A stretch of DNA of 64,000 nt from an uncultured Candidatus Saccharibacteria bacterium (GCA_964350735.1 CAYGKO010000001.1:310578-374577), one strand, 5' to 3'; positions 39,754 to 48,795 are shown, numbered from the stretch's first letter. Notes: generated by a model not told the origin, from the sequence alone. Made by a program: numbers and translations.

Positions 39754-40398
39754 ATGCACGAACTACAATCAAAACTATACAACCTGGCCAAGCACGAAGA
39801 CCTCGGTAAATTGAGTCTTCGCCAGATAGCCAAGATGATCGGTGCGGATAATAAGCCTCAGATAGCAAAGCATCACCTACTACAACTCGATAAAATTGGT
39901 CTGTTACAGGTGAATCTTGATGAGGGTGTGGTGAAGCCTACAAAGCGTGGCTTTAACATGCCTGCCGCTAAACGTTTATTTTATTCTCTGCCAATTGTCG
40001 GCATGGCCAATTGTGGCCCCGCTAATGTTTTTGCTGAAGAGCGGATTGAGGGCTACCTCAAAGTGTCAGCGAAAATGCTACCGCACCGTAAGAGTGACTT
40101 ATTTGTTCTAGTGGCTGATGGTCCGTCGATGAATAAGGCTGAGGTGCGTGACGGAGTGACGATTGAAGATGGTGATTATGTAGTAGTCGATAGCGCAGAC
40201 AGAACCCCTACTAACGGAGATGTTGTTGTTGCGGTGATTGAGGGGCTAGCAACGATTAAACGGTACCGAAAAGATACTAAGAATAATCGAGTATTGCTTG
40301 AAGCAGATTCAACTGAAAAGTATCACCCGATTGTTATTGCTGAGGATGACGAGTTCGTAATTAGCGGAATAGTAGTAGATGTGATTAAGAAAAATTAG
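39754..40398 (+). CDS. LexA-like transcriptional repressor (winged-helix DNA-binding domain + S24 autopeptidase)
   Basis: The N-terminal HTH resembles the LexA DNA-binding domain. The C-terminal S24 domain has the Ser (GPSMNKA) and Lys (ATIKRY) dyad. Confidence 0.8.
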   Translation: MHELQSKLYNLAKHEDLGKLSLRQIAKMIGADNKPQIAKHHLLQLDKIGLLQVNLDEGVVKPTKRGFNMPAAKRLFYSLPIVGMANCGPANVFAEERIEGYLKVSAKMLPHRKSDLFVLVADGPSMNKAEVRDGVTIEDGDYVVVDSADRTPTNGDVVVAVIEGLATIKRYRKDTKNNRVLLEADSTEKYHPIVIAEDDEFVISGIVVDVIKKN

Positions 40399-40407
40399 AA
40401 CCGGAAT

Positions 40408-41403
40408 ATGAATGAAATAAATACTGCATTGGATAAATTACTTAAAGTGAATATAAATATCGGTCAAACAGCACGCTCACAAGGATCTATTAGTCATAAC
40501 TATATTCGCGATGTTTTAAAAGGTAAGAGCAGTACTAATCCACTCTTTCCACGTCTGGTGGATGGAGATTTTTTAAGTGGTTCGTATGCTCGAGGGACAA
40601 AGTTGAAGCCGCTTGATGACATTGACGTTATGGTGGTGATAGATGGTGCCGGATTACATGTCGTTAACAGTGGGTTGGTGCAAAACATTGGAGTTAGAGG
40701 ATCAGAGAAACACGATAATCCAATTTTGCAACACATTGGAGTTGATTCACTTCTAAGTTCTGCCAAAGTGATGTCACTTTTTCAAAAAGCGTTGAGTGAA
40801 ACCCACCCCAACTCAAAGATTCGCAATGATGAGCAGGCGGTAAACGTATGGTTAGAATCATATGGTCTTGGCATAGATGTTGTGCCATGTTTCCATCTTA
40901 TTCCACAAAGTGGCACGAGAGATTATTATTTTATTCCTGAAGGAAACGGCGGTACTGGCTGGAAGACAACAAATCCAAAAATTGATGAAGAGATATCAAG
41001 TACTCTTCACGAACGTCACGATAAAAAGCTAAAGAAAGTAATTCGTTTGGTTAAGTATTGGAACACTGTAAGTAATAACGGCAATCTCAAGTCGTATCAT
41101 ATTGAAACGCTTGCATGGCACATATTCGATAAGCGTACAGAAGTTATTCGTTCGCTAGAAGATGGATTGATAGCATTCTTTGTAGGTGCAGACGAGTTCC
41201 TTGCTATTGCGTGCGCTGACAAAACAGCTCTAGGAGGTCCGGTCGACCACTATCTTTCTGAAACTGCTCGCGCTAATTCTCGTCAGAAAGTTCGCGAAGT
41301 GTTTGGATTATTGTCTGATACGTATGTTACTCACGAGAATGACCCAGCCTTAAGAAAACGTGTCTGGCAAACGATATTTTCAAATAAACTTTCATTTGCA
41401 TGA
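40408..41403 (+). CDS. cGAS/DncV-like nucleotidyltransferase (CD-NTase / SMODS-type), candidate CBASS-like signal synthase
   Basis: Pol-beta NTase motif GSYARGTKLKPLDDIDVMVV (GS...DxD), a third acidic residue in GIDVVPCF, and a helical C-terminal domain with RLVKYWN. Confidence 0.6.
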   Translation: MNEINTALDKLLKVNINIGQTARSQGSISHNYIRDVLKGKSSTNPLFPRLVDGDFLSGSYARGTKLKPLDDIDVMVVIDGAGLHVVNSGLVQNIGVRGSEKHDNPILQHIGVDSLLSSAKVMSLFQKALSETHPNSKIRNDEQAVNVWLESYGLGIDVVPCFHLIPQSGTRDYYFIPEGNGGTGWKTTNPKIDEEISSTLHERHDKKLKKVIRLVKYWNTVSNNGNLKSYHIETLAWHIFDKRTEVIRSLEDGLIAFFVGADEFLAIACADKTALGGPVDHYLSETARANSRQKVREVFGLLSDTYVTHENDPALRKRVWQTIFSNKLSFA

Positions 41404-42248
41404 ATAATGATTTACTGAAAAAGGTGGTTGAATTGGAAAGTTTGGCCAAGCTTCTGTTTGATAAGGCAGTCTCTCTACGGTACTCAGCGTTGGGAATCGA
41501 GGTTCTGGCGGGGTTGCTAGCAGTCGCTATTGCCTTATTACAACCGTCTAAGACGGTGCTGTTTTGGTTTGCGGTAATTGGGTTCGTAATGCTGACTGTT
41601 TCGTATGTGCTGAAGGTATATTTCTCTATTATTTACGAACGGGCTGAAACCATGCGACGGCAAGCAGTACTGGCCAATGCTTTGGGTTGGGACATCCAGA
41701 AGGTTCAATTCAGTGAGTGGAGGCAATTAGCTGGAAAGAATCTCTTGAAGAAGTTAGAGAGTGCAACGCTTGACGAGGATTACTATGCAACAAAACAAGA
41801 ATCAGGCGCTTTACGATTACTTGAGATGACACAAGAATCAGCTTTTTGGACACGGCATCTATATAATAGTATCAAGACGTATCTATGGATAATTTTCGGT
41901 ATTGCGACCTTACTGTTCCTTACTGTTCTCACAGTAACATCCTCATACACACTCAACGGCAATCTTTCATTGCAAATTGCTTACGTTGTGTACCTACTAA
42001 TGCCGCTTATCTTAACTATTGATGTATTGGGTTGGGCAATCAAGCTACACATTGTCGCTGGTTCTATTAAAGAAATCGAATGTGACCTGGAACGACTAAA
42101 GGAAAATCATCAGGTGAATGAAGTTAACGTATTGAGACTGGTGTCAGAATACAACTGCCAAGTCATCCAGGGTTTCCCAGTCCCTAGCTGGTTTTTCAGC
42201 ATGCACCATGACCACACAGCTGTTCTTTGGAAAAAAAACAATGAGTAG
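41400..42248 (+). CDS. Multi-pass membrane protein translationally coupled to the NTase: candidate membrane-disrupting effector (SLATT-like)
   Basis: ATGA start/stop overlap with the NTase gene. Two pairs of TM helices separated by a soluble segment. No enzymatic motif. Confidence 0.45.
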   Translation: MNNDLLKKVVELESLAKLLFDKAVSLRYSALGIEVLAGLLAVAIALLQPSKTVLFWFAVIGFVMLTVSYVLKVYFSIIYERAETMRRQAVLANALGWDIQKVQFSEWRQLAGKNLLKKLESATLDEDYYATKQESGALRLLEMTQESAFWTRHLYNSIKTYLWIIFGIATLLFLTVLTVTSSYTLNGNLSLQIAYVVYLLMPLILTIDVLGWAIKLHIVAGSIKEIECDLERLKENHQVNEVNVLRLVSEYNCQVIQGFPVPSWFFSMHHDHTAVLWKKNNE

Positions 42249-42669
42249 CCCGTTTTCGATTGGTGAAATATGTGCAGTTATTTTTTCACAGACTTCGCAC
42301 ACTATTTATGCAACTGTATTAGAGTTGGTTATTTTTCTCTGGCCGTGGTATTGGCTCCTTATCGTACTTGGTCTTGGTGGTTGGATTGCTTTTGAAATTA
42401 CGACTAGAAACGGCACTATTCATCACAACTCAGAAAATGGTTTTTCACCAGTGTTTAATAGTTTTGTAGGGAGTTGTACATATACTGGATTACAAACATT
42501 TTTTTTCTTCATACTGACGTCGCTGTTTGGTTCAGGTGTCTATTGTTTCGTCTGGCCATTTGCAATACATATCTTGATATTTCTATCGACGGGTAAGTTA
42601 CTACACGTTATTGGATTTTGGCCGAGACTTGAGCGTCCAAACAATAGACGTCGGAATAGGAGGCGGTAA
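42241..42669 (+). CDS. Small membrane protein with an Arg-rich C-terminal tail, overlapping the preceding gene (ATGAGTAG)
   Basis: Two or three TM helices and a C-terminal RPNNRRRNRRR. The start is trimmed to the ATG at 42241, which overlaps the upstream stop. Confidence 0.4.
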   Translation: MSSPFSIGEICAVIFSQTSHTIYATVLELVIFLWPWYWLLIVLGLGGWIAFEITTRNGTIHHNSENGFSPVFNSFVGSCTYTGLQTFFFFILTSLFGSGVYCFVWPFAIHILIFLSTGKLLHVIGFWPRLERPNNRRRNRRR

Positions 42670-42731
42670 AAGTTACAGTTACATGTAACTTTAGATCTTT
42701 GATCTGTGTAACTTTTGTAACGTTTTCTTGC

Positions 42732-42830
42732 GCACGAGACACTATCGAATTGAATTCTGAATGTAAGCTAATCGGTCAAGCCCTGCTTGACCGACCACGG
42801 TTCTAGCTCGAGACAGCCCGCAGTTGACGA
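42732..42830 (+). repeat. Complex ~100-bp repeat (att-like), direct repeat of 49543-49690
   Basis: gcacgagacactatcg...ctga...gtaagctaatcggtcaagcc...cacggttct...ctcgagacagcccgcag shows about 80% identity to the 49543 copy. Confidence 0.6.
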
Positions 42831-44275
42831 ATTGAGGCATTTTTAGGGGTATTTGCGAGTACTTGATACTCGTCTTTAAACTGAAAGCTAGCCACATTTT
42901 CGTTCTCAATCGTAAGGTTCGAAAGCAACTTTTCTAGCAGTTTACGTTTAGATTCATCTTTTGCTTCGATGTACTCATTTGAGGCTGTATTTCCTTGTTT
43001 AAATACGTTTTTGATTTGTTCGAAAGTAGAATCTGAGAGTGGTCCTTTTTTATCAATTTCTTTGAGTTGATTTTTGAGAGCGGTGCGGTCGTTTTCGATT
43101 TGTTTCATCTTTTCCTCAAAGAGAGGTTTTTTAATAAGAAGTGATGTATATCCATCAACTAAGGTAGATTCTTTCGTGTCGAGCAATTTTAGCTCTTCTA
43201 GGATGCTTTCTCGTGCAGAGTCAGTGTAGGTGTCAGTTGAAGTGTTTTTCTGTCTGTAGGCTTCGGCAGAGAGCTTGATAGTTTCTTCATCAATATGAAG
43301 TTCTTCAAAGAGTTTTCCGATCAGTGCGTCCATTTTCTCGGACCGCAGATACTTGCGGGGAGCAGAGCAGATTTTCTTGCCGTTGGTGCAGTAATAGTAC
43401 TGATGTCCTTTCTTCGTATCTCCTGTATAGGTACAGCCACAGTTGGCACAAGTAACAAAGCCACGAGCAGAGTAGAAATGTTTTTCTTTCTTAGGGTGGT
43501 TCCGATTATTGAAGACGTTTTGAACCGACTCGTATAATTTACTGCTGACAATAGCTTTGTGTTTCCCTTGGTAGACAGTACCTCTAAATTCCATTAGTCC
43601 GGTGTAGAAGATTTGGTTGAGGATTTTGTGGATTTGAGATTTATACACCTTGTTACCAGCAGGGGTACGCATTCCCTCGTTGTACATAATGTCTACTAGG
43701 TCAGTGAGAGTGTACGCACCGGTAGCGTAGAGGTCGAAGATACGTTTTACATACTTGGCGCGTTTGGGTACGACTTTCACTAGTCTGTCTTCTTTGTCAT
43801 TACGATAGCCATAGGGAGCAATGTTCGGCCATTCTCCACGTTCTAGTTTTGCTCTATTGCCACGCTTCACGTTTACACTCAGATCACGGAGATATTGAGT
43901 AGCCATAGCTTGTTCAATACTCATGATGAGTACGTTGTCATGAGGAGAGTAGGTTTTCTCGAATGTTGTTATGCATTGAATATTGCCTTTTTGAAGTAGC
44001 CACTGAATTTGTCCTCCGTCTACTGGATTACGGGTGAGACGGTCGATTTTCCAGCAAAGAATAGCATCAGCTTCACCAGCTAGAATTTTAGTCATCATCT
44101 GATTGAAGACAGGGCGACCAGGAGCTTTGGCAGACATGCTCTCAGTCATGATTTCTACAATCTCAATACCCTGAGCTTCAGCGAGTCGTTTGAGTTCATT
44201 TTCTTGTGACTCTAAAGAGAGGACCTGTCTGTCTTCAGTATCAGTTGATTTTCGAGTGTAGAGAATATATTTCAT
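42803..44275 (-). CDS. Large serine recombinase
   Basis: YTRKSTDTEDRQVLSLESQ catalytic N-terminus, recombinase domain, and a Cys-rich zinc ribbon (CANCGC...YYYC). Confidence 0.85.
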   Translation of the reverse strand: MKYILYTRKSTDTEDRQVLSLESQENELKRLAEAQGIEIVEIMTESMSAKAPGRPVFNQMMTKILAGEADAILCWKIDRLTRNPVDGGQIQWLLQKGNIQCITTFEKTYSPHDNVLIMSIEQAMATQYLRDLSVNVKRGNRAKLERGEWPNIAPYGYRNDKEDRLVKVVPKRAKYVKRIFDLYATGAYTLTDLVDIMYNEGMRTPAGNKVYKSQIHKILNQIFYTGLMEFRGTVYQGKHKAIVSSKLYESVQNVFNNRNHPKKEKHFYSARGFVTCANCGCTYTGDTKKGHQYYYCTNGKKICSAPRKYLRSEKMDALIGKLFEELHIDEETIKLSAEAYRQKNTSTDTYTDSARESILEELKLLDTKESTLVDGYTSLLIKKPLFEEKMKQIENDRTALKNQLKEIDKKGPLSDSTFEQIKNVFKQGNTASNEYIEAKDESKRKLLEKLLSNLTIENENVASFQFKDEYQVLANTPKNASIRQLRAVSS

Positions 44276-44357
44276 AACTGAATGTTTATCTGATAATACG
44301 TCTTATTTCTTCATTCTTCAAATATGACTAATTAGTCAAGGGACTGGGTCGCTTGGG

Positions 44358-45158
44358 CTACGCCCACGCGCGACCCCAGTCCTCAAATAAGTCATCATCA
44401 TATGTTGTACCTTTGATAGCTTCGATGAGCTTTTTTGCATCGGTGAAGTACATGTATTCACCGGGAAGTACATACACATATGGATTCATGTTTTTGACAC
44501 GTTTCTTACTCATACCAGATTTATTCCATTGACGTAGTCGTGCTTTTTGCCAGCGACGAAAGATTCGGAAGTTGCGTCTAATAATCTTGATGTCTTCTTT
44601 TGTTCCGACAATGATAGCGATGTTTCTGTGTAGAAGTGATCGACTATAGCCCCAGAACTGACCACAATCGTGATAAAAGTAGGGAACGGTCTTTTGAGCT
44701 TCTTTGGTTAAATACGAAGCGAGATAGCGCTTGAAGGCTTCGGTCTTACGAATAGGAGATATATGCGCTCCGTGTTCACGATGGCGTTTGTCTTTTGATC
44801 CTACGATCTCATACCACATTCGTTTAAGTTCATCTTCGTTGATTTCTTTATCGGCAAGAATATGGAAGTGACACGCACCTCGTTCTTGAAATTCCATGAA
44901 CCAAAACCAGCGGATACCTCTGTAGTTAAAACGGAGCATCATCTTGTGCAGATGGGACTTTACGATTTTTCCATCCTTTGGGAATTTTCGAGGATATGTG
45001 AGCCCGATTTCGTGCGTCATCTCGTCTGGTAAATTCCTCAGAATATGGCGTGCGCGCTTGATCGAACCGTACGAAAGCCTTTTGATTTGGCCCCTTTCTT
45101 TCCGATTCTGGTCGGTTAATAAATTCTTCGACTGATTGTTCTTGTTTCTTTTTTCCAT
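44358..45158 (-). CDS. Rolling-circle replication initiator (HUH endonuclease, phiX gpA-like double-Tyr type). The start is uncertain, with an internal ATG near 45020.
   Basis: HUH motif ACHFHIL and motif 3 YLASYLTK, which resembles phiX174 gpA YVAKYVNK. Confidence 0.55.
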   Translation of the reverse strand: MEKRNKNNQSKNLLTDQNRKERGQIKRLSYGSIKRARHILRNLPDEMTHEIGLTYPRKFPKDGKIVKSHLHKMMLRFNYRGIRWFWFMEFQERGACHFHILADKEINEDELKRMWYEIVGSKDKRHREHGAHISPIRKTEAFKRYLASYLTKEAQKTVPYFYHDCGQFWGYSRSLLHRNIAIIVGTKEDIKIIRRNFRIFRRWQKARLRQWNKSGMSKKRVKNMNPYVYVLPGEYMYFTDAKKLIEAIKGTTYDDDLFEDWGRAWA

Positions 45159-45553
45159 AAGGTATTTGTGTGCAAGGTCCTATCTTCAAATCGAATGGCC
45201 ACATCTCAATTTTTAAGGTCTCGTCTTTATGCCAACGAGGCCCTTGGATTAAGGGGTGCAATATGTCGATTGGTTTTAGCTTCCCAGCGTCAGCTAAGAA
45301 GTATCGGACTTGCTTCATTTTTTATTTTGTACGAGCTCACTGAACACTTCGTAGAAGTCAGCTAGAGCGTTTAGGTGCTCGATAGCTGTTTCATCACTAA
45401 TTTCCTCACCGTGTCTGATGAGTACATATAGCTTCATGCGTTTGATAAGCTCGTGGTTAAAACTCATAACCTACGCATTGTCGAGTCGCCATGTGTCGGA
45501 AAAGGAGTACAATGGAATAGTGATGGCTAAAAACCTCGCTATCTTTACAGAGT

Positions 45554-46459
45554 ATGAAAACTTTTAAGACTAAAAAACCCTCATTCTTCAAGAAAGGAAC
45601 GCTGGTTTTTTCTGACTCTGGTCATAAGCTAGTGAGAGACGGCAAATATTACAGGTGCTCTAAAAACACAAACGGAGAGTGCGATCTGCATAAACCAATA
45701 TCGCTAGAAGCGTTCGAGACAAAATTCTCTCGCTTAGCTACTAAGCTTTACTCTGAACGATTGGACTTTGATTCAATTTTCAAAAATCTCTTTCGCGACC
45801 ATTTCTGGGATATCGTTTTTGGTATAGATGAACGCCTGCTGGGGAAAGAGGAAGTGGCGGATTCTACTATCGAACTGCTAAAGAAGGATGCAGGAAATGG
45901 TAAGAAACCGTCTCGATCGTTAGTAAAGGATTTTGAAGAGAACTACATAGAATCACTTAAAGCTGATTATCCGGTAATGTTGCTGGGTTATGCAGTAGGC
46001 ATGGTGCGTGTTTGTTCTATCGAACAAAAGAAATCTGAAATGGGGAGAAGCTTAGCTCATTTCTCTAAAAAGATTTATATCGGAAATGATGGAGAGATTG
46101 AGGTTATAGAATTAGAGCGTTGGGCTTGGTACGTATTTAATGCCGTGATCAAGAAAGCTTATCCTGAGTATCTCAATGAACGAGAGGATTTAAAATTTAT
46201 GAATGAAGAAGACGTTCTGCATACGATGAGTATCACAAAAGCATGCGAAGCGTTTGGTGAAACTGAATTCAATGATGCTCTTGGTGAAAATTTCATTGCT
46301 TGTATAGGCTGGATTAAATTCCTCAAGGAATCTTTCACAGGAATGTTTGATGACGGTCAGGAGGGTGAAATGAACTCCCAGTTTCCGGAACTGATAGAAA
46401 AAATGCAGAATGACCCAGCGCTAGGGATTATGATGAGAGTTAGTGCTATAACAAAATAA
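45554..46459 (+). CDS. Hypothetical protein; first gene of a coupled pair
   Basis: 301-aa ORF. Its stop is 3 nt before the next ATG. Confidence 0.4.
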   Translation: MKTFKTKKPSFFKKGTLVFSDSGHKLVRDGKYYRCSKNTNGECDLHKPISLEAFETKFSRLATKLYSERLDFDSIFKNLFRDHFWDIVFGIDERLLGKEEVADSTIELLKKDAGNGKKPSRSLVKDFEENYIESLKADYPVMLLGYAVGMVRVCSIEQKKSEMGRSLAHFSKKIYIGNDGEIEVIELERWAWYVFNAVIKKAYPEYLNEREDLKFMNEEDVLHTMSITKACEAFGETEFNDALGENFIACIGWIKFLKESFTGMFDDGQEGEMNSQFPELIEKMQNDPALGIMMRVSAITK

Positions 46460-46461
46460 TT

Positions 46462-47577
46462 ATGAAAATTGATAGACAGTTAGTAGAGAACTACAATGAA
46501 CTTGATTGGGAAAGACTTCTTAGAGCAGATCTGGGTAACGCTGGTCAATTGAGCGCAGCTAAACCTTATTTCGACAGAATTAAGAATACTTTTGACTCGA
46601 TTTTAAATAATCCAATTACAGATAGTCTTTCAGATGATGCTAATCAAAGAGTTGAAGTGGAGCTAAATAACTTCATAACTTTTTTGCAAAGTGAAATTGT
46701 GAATTTCTCAGATGTCTCATTGAGAAAACAAAAGCTTACAGCGGTACAAAATAAAGAGTGGCAGATAATAACTAACTTAAATGCTGTCATTTCATACCTG
46801 GTTCTTAATGAGGAAAAAGTGAATATTAAAGACACTGAACTATTACTAGAGAATGCAAAGAAGGAATTAGATTTGGAAAGAGCAAAGTCAAAGTCCCAAA
46901 ACGAAAATATAGCAAGCACTTTCGATAAGTTATCCGAGTCTATAAAACTGGCTGATTCATTAGAGAGTAAATCAGGTGTTATAAAAACTGCAATCATTAG
47001 AGCAGAAGAATGGATAAGTAAAAATGAAGATGCTGTTCAACTCATTTTAAAAAGTAACGCTACAGATTCTGCTAAAAAAGCTGAAGAACATAAAACCTTT
47101 AAGTTTGAATGGGTGAGTATTTGGCTTTTTAAGCACATTCCATACTTACAAAAAATAAAGCAACCTGCAGTTGAAGGTACATTCTTTTGGATTTTGTCCG
47201 CTATTATCTCTGGAACTTTTGTAATGTCTATTATAGGTTTTTTTGTTTATCTTGATTATTTAGGTCGTGAAATTAATGTAGCTAGTGTTCTGTTGAGGTT
47301 ATCAGCAGTCTTAATACCTGCTTACTTTACATTCTTCAGTGCTCAACAATATTTAAGCCATCGAAGGTTATATGAAGCATATAGATTCAGAGACGTAACC
47401 CTGCAAACAATGATTAGTTTGAGAGACCAAAGTCCAGACGATACGTTGGCAAAAGAGCACATTCTTAAAAAAGCTGTTGAGGTAATGTTCGCTGAGCCAA
47501 AAATGAGCGGGGAAGTTAAGTACGACAAGCAGGTTGTGTCTCAATTGTTGGACTTGGCTAGGAACAGATTAGGTTAA
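46462..47577 (+). CDS. Hypothetical coiled-coil protein with two C-terminal TM helices; second gene of the pair
   Basis: About 230 aa of coiled coil, then TM helices GTFFWILSAIISGTFVMSIIGFFVYL and LLRLSAVLIPAYFTFFSA, followed by a conserved-looking Y/R helix. Confidence 0.4.
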   Translation: MKIDRQLVENYNELDWERLLRADLGNAGQLSAAKPYFDRIKNTFDSILNNPITDSLSDDANQRVEVELNNFITFLQSEIVNFSDVSLRKQKLTAVQNKEWQIITNLNAVISYLVLNEEKVNIKDTELLLENAKKELDLERAKSKSQNENIASTFDKLSESIKLADSLESKSGVIKTAIIRAEEWISKNEDAVQLILKSNATDSAKKAEEHKTFKFEWVSIWLFKHIPYLQKIKQPAVEGTFFWILSAIISGTFVMSIIGFFVYLDYLGREINVASVLLRLSAVLIPAYFTFFSAQQYLSHRRLYEAYRFRDVTLQTMISLRDQSPDDTLAKEHILKKAVEVMFAEPKMSGEVKYDKQVVSQLLDLARNRLG

Positions 47578-47695
47578 AATATTTCTAACCCCAGCATGCA
47601 CTTAGGGTTGACATTTGCTTGTATAAGTGTTTCTCTTCTATAGAATCGCTCTTTAAAGAGCACCTTACAACACAAAAAATACAGAGGAGGCAGAC

Positions 47696-48787
47696 ATGGA
47701 TCTGACCAAAATCAACGAAATCTTGGCCGCAGAAAGCAAAGCGTTCAAAGAAGGTGTCCAGGACGCTATCGACGCAGCAATTGATCGACGGAAGGATATG
47801 AAGTCTGAAGTCGCAACAATCCTTGGTCTCGACAGCGGCACTACTCTCACAGAGGAAAGCTTCTTCGCAATCCTCGATGGATTTACAGAGATCTCTGGCA
47901 ATCTCGATTCTGTCTTGCAGCAAGCTGGCTTCGACTCAAAGGTCGCAGGCGCTTGGCTTCGTAAAGAAGACCCTCCCAAGGAGGGGTTTCGTGGGCCAAC
48001 GCTTCGTATGTTGGCGGAGGTAGTCTTTGACTACTACGCCGACAACCGTCTTTATCATGACCTGCATCAGGTCTTGGAAGACTGGGGTGACCCTGAGGTA
48101 CTCGCAGCAGCGGCTCATAAGACCCTACCTCTCGATTCTGCACTGGAAGAACTCGGTGTGTTTGATGATGTTAGGGCGCTTGACCAGGGCACAAGAATCC
48201 GTAACTGCATTAAGAATGAAGGTCTTATCACTCTTGGCGAATTGCTGAGTCGTGCGGAAATCGAGTGGCGGCGTGTGCCAAACTTTGGGAACAAGAGTCT
48301 GAGAACCTTAGAGGCTTATCTTAAGGACCGTTTTGGTACTGGATTCATAGACCTCGAAAATCCAGACCCTGACTTAGAACGTTTCCAGAGTATGTCATGG
48401 GAGAGACTGAGCCTTAAAGCGGCTGCGGGTAAACTTTTAGTTACGCAATGGCATGAGAGTGAGAAGAAGCCAGAATACGCTGACCTTGATTACCATGCGT
48501 TTCAGCCCGTATTGCGCGAAAAGGGGCCTGAAGAGGTTTATGTGCAAATTTATGCTGACCATGACTTGATGGAGGCTCTCAAAGAGGCAGGCATTCTGCA
48601 CTGCACTCAGTTAGCAACAGCTCCGCAAAAGGTACTTGATCAAATCTGTCATGGTCAAACTGAATGGCAAGAACAACTTCCGAAGCTCTTAGACTGTGAT
48701 CGTTCCAGTCACTATTATAGGTCTTTGTCGCTGGGAATGGGAACTCCTCTGTTTCTCGACCCAGAGGTTGAAGTATATACCTCATAA
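47696..48787 (+). CDS. Protein with an RNA polymerase alpha-subunit C-terminal-domain-like (helix-hairpin-helix) module; higher GC than its neighbours
   Basis: TRIRNCIKNEGLITLGELLSRAEIEWRRVPNFGNKSLRTLEAYL matches the alpha-CTD pattern (RSxNCLKxxGIxTxGDL...PNxGKKSL). Codon GC is visibly higher than in flanking genes. Confidence 0.5.
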   Translation: MDLTKINEILAAESKAFKEGVQDAIDAAIDRRKDMKSEVATILGLDSGTTLTEESFFAILDGFTEISGNLDSVLQQAGFDSKVAGAWLRKEDPPKEGFRGPTLRMLAEVVFDYYADNRLYHDLHQVLEDWGDPEVLAAAAHKTLPLDSALEELGVFDDVRALDQGTRIRNCIKNEGLITLGELLSRAEIEWRRVPNFGNKSLRTLEAYLKDRFGTGFIDLENPDPDLERFQSMSWERLSLKAAAGKLLVTQWHESEKKPEYADLDYHAFQPVLREKGPEEVYVQIYADHDLMEALKEAGILHCTQLATAPQKVLDQICHGQTEWQEQLPKLLDCDRSSHYYRSLSLGMGTPLFLDPEVEVYTS

Positions 48788-48795
48788 GAAGCTTT

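Noticed and set aside
39754-40398. Interpreting the LexA-like gene as the chromosomal SOS regulator lexA
   Set aside because: It lies inside the mobile region between two recombinases and directly upstream of defence-like cargo. It is more likely an element-encoded LexA-type repressor, though this cannot be proven without the rest of the genome.
44331-44371. Hairpin ggactgggtcgc...gcgaccccagtcc between recombinase and Rep as an origin (dso)
   Set aside because: It could equally be a simple terminator for the Rep gene. No nick-site consensus is recognisable.
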